A DNA stretch of 64,000 nt from an uncultured Candidatus Saccharibacteria bacterium (GTDB taxonomy: Bacteria; Patescibacteriota; Minisyncoccia; Phycocordibacterales; CAIZLB01), in the NCBI GenBank assembly GCA_964627085.1, contig CAZVIP010000004.1, positions 14,751 to 78,750 on the forward strand. Direction: 5' to 3'. Position numbers and translations under genes: made by a program. Every line of letters begins with the position of its first letter. Position 1 is the stretch's first letter. Under the pieces are notes generated by a model that did no database searches, was not told the origin of the DNA, and saw only the letters and a program-made list of their open reading frames with translations. Positions 58,034 to 64,000 of this stretch are shown here, piece by piece.

Positions 58034-58792
58034 TTATAAAATATTTATATCAGTGAAAATTGTTGGTGATTTCATTTCAAGGACAATGCGTGCTGGTATA
58101 TCAGTGATTATCGTGTCTTTATCTAGTGCTTTTTCAAGAGCCGCCTTCTTGTTTTCACCAGTAAGGTATATAACAGGAAAATCAATTTTTTTCATAAATG
58201 ACAGAGTAGTAGAAAACCGATACGGAAATTTGCTTTCTGGTAAATCAATGACAGTTTCAACAGATGTGTCGCCTAGGAATTTTTTATCAAATTCCTCTCC
58301 GTGATAAATACCTGGAATTATTCCACCTATATGTCCATCCGCCCCAATTCCATACAATCCAATAATGATACCCTTTGGATAATCATCCTTCCAACTCTTG
58401 ATATCCTTTTCAAATCGACTAGCCATGCTTTCGAGTGTGTCATCAACTCTCATAGATGTATTGATACAAAACGCACCAACCTGGACAAGCTCATTATAAA
58501 AAGAACTCGCCTGCAAATTATCAAAATTATTTTCAAAAATATCATCAGTAAATCTCTCGTCTGTCACAGTGACAGTTAATTTATCGTCAAGATATTCTGA
58601 ATTAATATAATCGAGCACCGCTTGAGCCGACCCGCCTGCTACCAAAAACAATATTGGTCTACCTGCATTTATGGCTAAAATATCACTTATATGCTTACCT
58701 GCCGCCACCTTTGGGTCATTAGAGATATCGATTGTGATACCTTTGTTCTTATCTAAATTTGATTCTATGTGCAAGATTTTTGATTGAGACAT
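58034..58792 (-). CDS. 6-phosphogluconolactonase / glucosamine-6-phosphate deaminase family protein
   Basis: GIGADGHIGG (the GxGxDGH motif of the NagB/Pgl family). The start was set to the internal Met to avoid overlap. The pentose-phosphate context favours 6-phosphogluconolactonase. Confidence 0.6.
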   Translation of the reverse strand: MSQSKILHIESNLDKNKGITIDISNDPKVAAGKHISDILAINAGRPILFLVAGGSAQAVLDYINSEYLDDKLTVTVTDERFTDDIFENNFDNLQASSFYNELVQVGAFCINTSMRVDDTLESMASRFEKDIKSWKDDYPKGIIIGLYGIGADGHIGGIIPGIYHGEEFDKKFLGDTSVETVIDLPESKFPYRFSTTLSFMKKIDFPVIYLTGENKKAALEKALDKDTIITDIPARIVLEMKSPTIFTDINIL

Positions 58793-58835
58793 TTGCTCTA
58801 ATGTATATAATTTATGAAAAAGAGTCAAAGAGACA

Positions 58836-59921
58836 TTACTCCCCTTGCGCACCCCCTTCTGATGAAGTCATTGTCTCATATATTTCAAGTGAGACCTCCT
58901 GCAAAATATTTTCTAAGTTATTGAAATCTTTACCTTCGGTCATGATGCAGAATGTATATGGTTCCAATAAATCTTTTGTATAGACAATACCACAGTCATG
59001 TAACTGCTTTTGAACAATTTCGCGTGTCTGAGCATTTTTGATATTCCTTTCTGCAAATTTATGCGCAACGATCACATCTGGAGGAAGTTTGGCCACTGCC
59101 CCATTCTTAAATTTAACTTGAGTAAGCATGCCGAGGGCCTGATTTGAATATTCCTTTGTTAGGTACGATGCATTATAGAGAGACCTGAACACATTGGCAT
59201 AAATACGGGGTGTAACCAAATTTTCATCCATACCATTATCCTTTATCTTTATGCCGAGCGCCTCGAGTATCAAGTCCAAGTAACCAGGTGCAAAATAGTT
59301 TGAAACAAGCTGAGTTGCTGTATTGTCTGAATATTCAATTGATCTTTTGAGCAATTCGAGTACTGTATACTTTTTGCCTACCTGCAGCTTATCGCCCACT
59401 TTATAATTCTGTTCGTCATATTCATCGATACTACCAGTATATTCAATAGTTTGTTCCAACATCTTTGGTTGAACTTCTGCAAGTTTAAACCCTCCGATCA
59501 ATACAGGCAACTTGAGTAAACTCGCCATGATAAAGACTTCATTATCATTTACTCCGGCAAACCTTGTCGTTCTGAGGTCACGTACAAACACACCTACCTT
59601 GTCGGCTTTACCAGTTTTTTTGTATCCATCAACCAATATTTCAAGTTTATTTTGGAGTAAAGAGACCTGCTCTAGTTTCTGATCTGAGATTCCACAATCG
59701 AGCGTAGGTTTGATCAGTGTAAGCCCTGACACACAACTGTTATTTTTCACATAAGAACTATACGCATAGCTACCTGTCTTAAACAAAGGACCAAATAAAA
59801 GATAGCCAATAAATAGACCAATGAGACATGCGACCAGAAGAGATGTGACCAGGACTCTTTTTCCCTTAAAATAAACCTTTAGAAAATTCATTAGAATGAT
59901 AATAACACAAATAAAAAACAC
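58836..59921 (-). CDS. Membrane-anchored class-A beta-lactamase-fold serine hydrolase (penicillin-binding-like)
   Basis: SxxK (SLLK) and SDN motifs in the correct order and spacing, with an N-terminal transmembrane anchor. Confidence 0.5.
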   Translation of the reverse strand: MFFICVIIILMNFLKVYFKGKRVLVTSLLVACLIGLFIGYLLFGPLFKTGSYAYSSYVKNNSCVSGLTLIKPTLDCGISDQKLEQVSLLQNKLEILVDGYKKTGKADKVGVFVRDLRTTRFAGVNDNEVFIMASLLKLPVLIGGFKLAEVQPKMLEQTIEYTGSIDEYDEQNYKVGDKLQVGKKYTVLELLKRSIEYSDNTATQLVSNYFAPGYLDLILEALGIKIKDNGMDENLVTPRIYANVFRSLYNASYLTKEYSNQALGMLTQVKFKNGAVAKLPPDVIVAHKFAERNIKNAQTREIVQKQLHDCGIVYTKDLLEPYTFCIMTEGKDFNNLENILQEVSLEIYETMTSSEGGAQGE

Positions 59922-59976
59922 CGGCCAGATATATGTCTGCGGTGCTTTTTATTAAAATCTAAATTACCTCTAGAGA

Positions 59977-61368
59977 TTATGCAATATCCTTAAATACAAC
60001 AGTCTTGAATGTCACATTGCCATTTTCTTCTGAAACAACAACAACTTTGTCGTCTGCCGCAAAATCAGTAGCATCAATCTGTGAAAGAAGTCCAGAAATT
60101 GAAGGTGTCTCTACATGCAAAGGTCGAATTGCATAGTAAAGTACGAGCTGATACATATCGATAACTGAGGCGCAAGCTGCTACAACAACAGTTGATGGTC
60201 TCCATGCTGATAGTGCATAGTAAAGTCTTGAATCACTTACTGCTGCAAAAATAGCCTTTGCTCCATCTGTCTTTGCCTGATCAGCAATCTGTTTTGCGAG
60301 TGCAAATTCTGGCGAAGAAACTTCTGGACCAAATGCAAAGTGTGTTAAATCATCAATTTTTGATTCTGTGTATGTCATTACTTCAGACATAAGAGTTGTG
60401 GCTTCCACTGGATAGCTGCCGTACGCAGTCTCACCACTCATAGAAACAGCACCACTACCTTCGAGGATAGCGTTTGCAACATCGAGAACTTCTGCTCGTG
60501 TTGGTCTTGGGTTTTTAATCATACTATCGAGAACCTGAGTTGCCACGATGCAAGACTTACCTCGCTTAACAGCCATTTCAACCATTTTCTTTTGCATGAA
60601 AGGCATTTCCATAAATGGTACTTCAGCACCGAGGTCACCTCGCGCAACCATCATACCGTCAGAGTAGTCCAAGATTTCACTTAGATTGTCGAAACCTTCT
60701 CGGTTTTCGATCTTTGAAACAACCTTTGGTGTATAGCCTGGGAATTCATCTGTAATAGCCTTGATCTGTAGGAGATCTTCTTTGCCACGAACGAATGAGT
60801 GAATAATGTATTCAATATTGTGCTTTCCACAAAAACGGATAAAGCTCTTATCTTTTTCTGTAAGCGCTGGAAGTTCAATGTGAACACCTGGAGTGTTGAT
60901 ACTCTTCTTGTTTTTGATAACACCATTGTTCTGAACTTTACACTTGAGAGCGTCGCCTTCTTTTGCTTCTACGACAAGACCAAGAGTTGCATCATCATAA
61001 AGAATAACTGTTCCTACTGGTACTTCATTGTGGAAGTTTGGATAATCGACATGAACCATGTGTGAACCATCATTGTGATGTTCGAGGTTTCCAGAGATGT
61101 ATACAATGTCACCTGAAACAACATCAAAAGGTTCCTCGACATTCTTTGTTCGAACTTCTGGACCCTTTGTATCAATCATAATAGATACATGTGGAGCAAC
61201 TGATCTGATTCGAGAGATCAAATGTTCAGCATCTTCCTCACCCTGGTGGGCTGTGTTAAGCCATGCAACATCCATACCAGCATCGAATACTGATTTAAGA
61301 AATGGAATATCTGACTTGTTATCTGCTATTTTTCCTACAATTTTTGATTTTCTAAAGTTAATTTTCAT
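59977..61368 (-). CDS. pyk: Pyruvate kinase
   Basis: KIVGKI, MIDTKGPEVRT and MVARGDLG motifs. Confidence 0.9.
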   Translation of the reverse strand: MKINFRKSKIVGKIADNKSDIPFLKSVFDAGMDVAWLNTAHQGEEDAEHLISRIRSVAPHVSIMIDTKGPEVRTKNVEEPFDVVSGDIVYISGNLEHHNDGSHMVHVDYPNFHNEVPVGTVILYDDATLGLVVEAKEGDALKCKVQNNGVIKNKKSINTPGVHIELPALTEKDKSFIRFCGKHNIEYIIHSFVRGKEDLLQIKAITDEFPGYTPKVVSKIENREGFDNLSEILDYSDGMMVARGDLGAEVPFMEMPFMQKKMVEMAVKRGKSCIVATQVLDSMIKNPRPTRAEVLDVANAILEGSGAVSMSGETAYGSYPVEATTLMSEVMTYTESKIDDLTHFAFGPEVSSPEFALAKQIADQAKTDGAKAIFAAVSDSRLYYALSAWRPSTVVVAACASVIDMYQLVLYYAIRPLHVETPSISGLLSQIDATDFAADDKVVVVSEENGNVTFKTVVFKDIA

Positions 61369-61395
61369 ATTGCGACATCATATCACAAATTCCCT

Positions 61396-62736
61396 TTAAA
61401 ATCCAGTTCGGTTTATGGCCCTACTACTCGCAAATTTCTCTTTTTGACGGAGGGCTCTTTTCTCCAAAAATTGATATGAAATATGGCTCAAATATATTGT
61501 CAGGAATAATGAAATTGCAAATATTGATAAGAAATTCATGACACTCACTGTATTTGGACCAAGACCCAGACGATTAAATACAGCAACAACACTGATCACA
61601 CAAATGGCGTGGTATGCATAGAGACCATATGATATTCTACCTAAATACGTAAAAGGCCTATTCGTAAAACCAACCACCTTCTCTGCCATCGAATCAGCAT
61701 CTCTGTTCTTTTTATTCAAAAAATAAATCAATATGAGAACAAATAATGCATCAAGCACAGGTCGCTTCATTAGCCGAGCACTGTCATATAGAAAACCTGC
61801 CCCATTTGAAAATAGATACAAAAAACAGAAAGTATATATTGCGATATTCAAAACAATCAATAGCGCAATCTGAAATCTATTGGAACTAAGATATCCAACA
61901 TTTTTTGTATTTTTTGAGATATTTAAAGTCCTTAATAATACATTCTTTACATTCAACAAACTTATCTTTTCACCTGGGTTTAGGAGTGAATAATATATTG
62001 CAAGAAGTGCCCCACTGGCTAAATCCATGGCTACAGATAAGGTTAAATAATAAGCTATGTTTGCATCATTGATATGTAATGCCTTGTAAATAAGCGAGGT
62101 AAAGAAAAGTAATAGTGCGATATATGCAATATTTTTTTTCTTTAATTTTTTCACTACCCATGGCCATACCAAATAAAACTGTTCCTCCACACATACAGAC
62201 CAGAGCACCCCGAGTGCAAATGGCAAAACACCAAGGTCGTAACCTTGCACTATATTCCCAACAAAAAATAAATATGAAAGAAATGCGATGGCACTTGTGT
62301 GCATCCCCATATTTACGAATGTATCATTATGACCAGGTGCATACGTGGCACCAAACAAATTAACGAACACAGGTAAAATCAAAACCGAAACCAAAAAGAC
62401 AATATAATATACCGGCCAAATCCGTAGTGCTCTTTTGACATAAAAAAGAGGGATATCAATATTTCTGGATTTGTCTTTCTCTTTTAACAATAAAAAAGTT
62501 ATCAAAAAACCACTGAGTACAAAAAAGAAATTCACGCCATATGCTCCATGTGAAATAACATTTCTATAAAGCCAATAAAACCAATTTGCTGATACAGGAA
62601 AAAGTATGCCAGCATGTGCAATAAAAACAGCCAAAAAAGCAAAGAAGCGTAGTGAATCTAGGTAGTCAAAATAGATTTTTGACTTTTCATTTTTCGTATC
62701 AACAGAACCCAAATCGGACACACGAGTGAGATTCAT
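61396..62736 (-). CDS. Acyltransferase family 3 (OatA-like) membrane protein
   Basis: About ten transmembrane helices and an N-terminal LDSLRFFAFLAVFIAHAG motif. The start was trimmed to the Met downstream of tRNA-Ile. Confidence 0.65.
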   Translation of the reverse strand: MNLTRVSDLGSVDTKNEKSKIYFDYLDSLRFFAFLAVFIAHAGILFPVSANWFYWLYRNVISHGAYGVNFFFVLSGFLITFLLLKEKDKSRNIDIPLFYVKRALRIWPVYYIVFLVSVLILPVFVNLFGATYAPGHNDTFVNMGMHTSAIAFLSYLFFVGNIVQGYDLGVLPFALGVLWSVCVEEQFYLVWPWVVKKLKKKNIAYIALLLFFTSLIYKALHINDANIAYYLTLSVAMDLASGALLAIYYSLLNPGEKISLLNVKNVLLRTLNISKNTKNVGYLSSNRFQIALLIVLNIAIYTFCFLYLFSNGAGFLYDSARLMKRPVLDALFVLILIYFLNKKNRDADSMAEKVVGFTNRPFTYLGRISYGLYAYHAICVISVVAVFNRLGLGPNTVSVMNFLSIFAISLFLTIYLSHISYQFLEKRALRQKEKFASSRAINRTGF

Positions 62737-62740
62737 TTGT

Positions 62741-62812
62741 GCGAGTACAAGGATTCGAACCTTGGACCCCATCAGTATCAGTGATGTGCTCTACCAACTG
62801 AGCTATACTCGC
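62741..62812 (-). tRNA. tRNA-Ile (anticodon GAU), CCA not encoded
   Basis: The reverse complement, gcgagtatagctcagttggtagagcacatcactgatactgatggggtccaaggttcgaatccttgtactcgca, folds as a cloverleaf with anticodon loop ctGATac. Confidence 0.8.
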
Positions 62813-62937
62813 AAATACACCAACTTGAGGACATTTGCATGAAATCAAGTAGCTGTTGACTACTTTATCAAAAAAAACCCTTAAAAACAAGACCTCACAA
62901 GGCTAGAATTGACCATAAAAAATACCAATAAAAGTAC

Positions 62938-63468
62938 TTATTTTCTCACTGTACTTTGCTCTAGGCCTTTGACCAAACTACTGTCTGACCTGAGACTCTC
63001 ATAGTATAGAATATGGTCCTTTGAAATAACCATAGTATCAGTTGGACTATGTGGCATCTCTCCTATCTCAGAGATAATCATACTTTGTTTTGGAGTGGTA
63101 CTAGTCGCACTTCCTGATTCATCTGGTTTAATAAAATGAGCCTTTCGAAGTGTTATCGTTGAGACAAAAGGGACGTTTATGAATTTACCAAAAAAAACCT
63201 GATTTGAATCAAGGAAGACAGCTTTCCATGTAAATACATTTGAGAGAAATGAGATCAAAAACCAGAGAGCAATGACAGTCGCCAATACAACTGATATGGT
63301 TCGTTTTTTGGGTCTGGTATATTTTGAGGCAAGACCACCTCTGGTTTGAATACCGTCGATATTACCCTGCTCATCAGCAGACACATAATCACTCATTTCA
63401 CTCTTTTGAATTCTTCTATTGGTTCGATAGATTGGCATATTGCTTATTATACGATAATTAAGTTGCAA
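62938..63468 (-). CDS. Hypothetical single-pass membrane protein
   Basis: ORF with one central transmembrane helix (ISVVLATVIALWFLISFL). Confidence 0.35.
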   Translation of the reverse strand: MQLNYRIISNMPIYRTNRRIQKSEMSDYVSADEQGNIDGIQTRGGLASKYTRPKKRTISVVLATVIALWFLISFLSNVFTWKAVFLDSNQVFFGKFINVPFVSTITLRKAHFIKPDESGSATSTTPKQSMIISEIGEMPHSPTDTMVISKDHILYYESLRSDSSLVKGLEQSTVRK

Positions 63469-63530
63469 GACATACTAAATTATAAACAGAATTTTATTTC
63501 ATTTCAGGTACTTACTCTACAGGACTCTAC

Positions 63531-64000
63531 CTAAGTTGTTGGTGCGGGATCAGCCACTGGTGGTGACACTGGTTCTGGTGGAGTCGTCGAAGTAACAGTT
63601 GGTTCAGAAGGCGCCGTTGGTGATTCGACAGGTGCGGAAGGGGGCTCAACTGGCGCGCTTTCAACAGTTGTTGCTTCTGGCGCTACAACAGTGTTTGTAC
63701 TTGAATCAGATTGGCTACTTACACCTCCAGTATTTTCATCCTCACCTGAATTTGTACTACCACTACCCACCTGATCAACAGCCCCTGTACTCACCTGATC
63801 ACCTGTTTCAGTTGTGCCATTATCCTGCTGATCTGTATCACCAGATGAAGTTACATTTTGTGTATCAGTTGATATTGAAGTGATTGTTGTTGGATCCGTT
63901 GAACTACTTGAACCCCCAACTGTTGTCATGACCTGATCACCGCTGTTTTTTGGCTTATATGTTTTGATAAAGAACCAGTCGAACGTAATATTTGTGTCAA
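63531..64000 (-). CDS. Ser/Thr/Pro-rich low-complexity protein (5' end probably beyond the window)
   Basis: The frame stays open to the window edge. Composition is dominated by S/T/P/E/V, resembling a mucin-like surface linker. Confidence 0.35.
   Translation of the reverse strand, partial: DTNITFDWFFIKTYKPKNSGDQVMTTVGGSSSSTDPTTITSISTDTQNVTSSGDTDQQDNGTTETGDQVSTGAVDQVGSGSTNSGEDENTGGVSSQSDSSTNTVVAPEATTVESAPVEPPSAPVESPTAPSEPTVTSTTPPEPVSPPVADPAPTT

Noticed and set aside
62699-62890. The 63-aa minus-strand ORF
   Set aside because: It is entirely overlapped by the well-formed tRNA-Ile(GAU) gene. It is spurious.
1-64000. Mobile elements, integrons, diversity-generating retroelements or prophage
   Set aside because: I found no transposase or integrase (DDE, tyrosine or serine recombinase motifs). 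No reverse transcriptase (YADD motif), phage structural genes or flanking inverted repeats were recognised. The GC-rich islands lack any recombinase.

Overview
This is a low-GC (~38-40%) bacterial chromosomal segment. Its gene content resembles a reduced-genome Patescibacteria/CPR-type organism, though that lineage call is inference from gene content only. I can recognise the following.

Core housekeeping genes:
- Translation: tsf, rpsB, prfA, rpmE, rplY, gatB, obg, rsmI.
- Secretion and transfer RNAs: secA, tRNA-Thr(UGU), tRNA-Ile(GAU).
- Glycolysis and non-oxidative pentose-phosphate genes: class II aldolase, gap, pyk, a split transketolase (separate N-terminal and C-terminal genes), rpe, rpiB, a PfkB-family sugar kinase, a 6-phosphogluconolactonase-like gene.
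- Pyrimidine genes: pyrF and a neighbouring phosphoribosyltransferase-fold gene that may be pyrE.

Surface and envelope genes:
- A large type IV pilin.
- A large O-antigen-ligase/PglL-like membrane protein with tetratricopeptide (TPR) repeats.
- A secreted coiled-coil protein ending in a family-1 lytic transglycosylase domain.
- Two Ser/Thr/Asn-rich secreted proteins.

The most prominent accessory block is a ~16 kb plus-strand glycan-assembly locus (35.5-51.2 kb). It encodes an epimerase/dehydratase, a Wzx-like flippase, about seven glycosyltransferases (including a GT11 alpha-1,2-fucosyltransferase with the GGLGNQMFQYA signature) and five methyltransferase domains, three of them FkbM-family. 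I infer this makes a methylated glycan or protein O-glycosylation system.

Other unusual items:
- An orphan VirD4/TraG-like coupling ATPase with a ~450-aa Gly/Arg/Asp-rich disordered tail.
- A protein built from seven tandem 13-aa repeats, encoded by 39-bp DNA repeats.
- Two diverged paralogs of an unknown GC-rich protein family, inside several GC-rich mini-islands with their own terminators.
- An unannotated 37-aa Lys/Ala-rich ORF.
- A C-rich tract (G-rich on the other strand) inside the glycan locus.

I saw no CRISPR array, transposase, integrase or reverse transcriptase. All functional calls rest on motif and pattern recognition from the translated ORFs, not on database searches.
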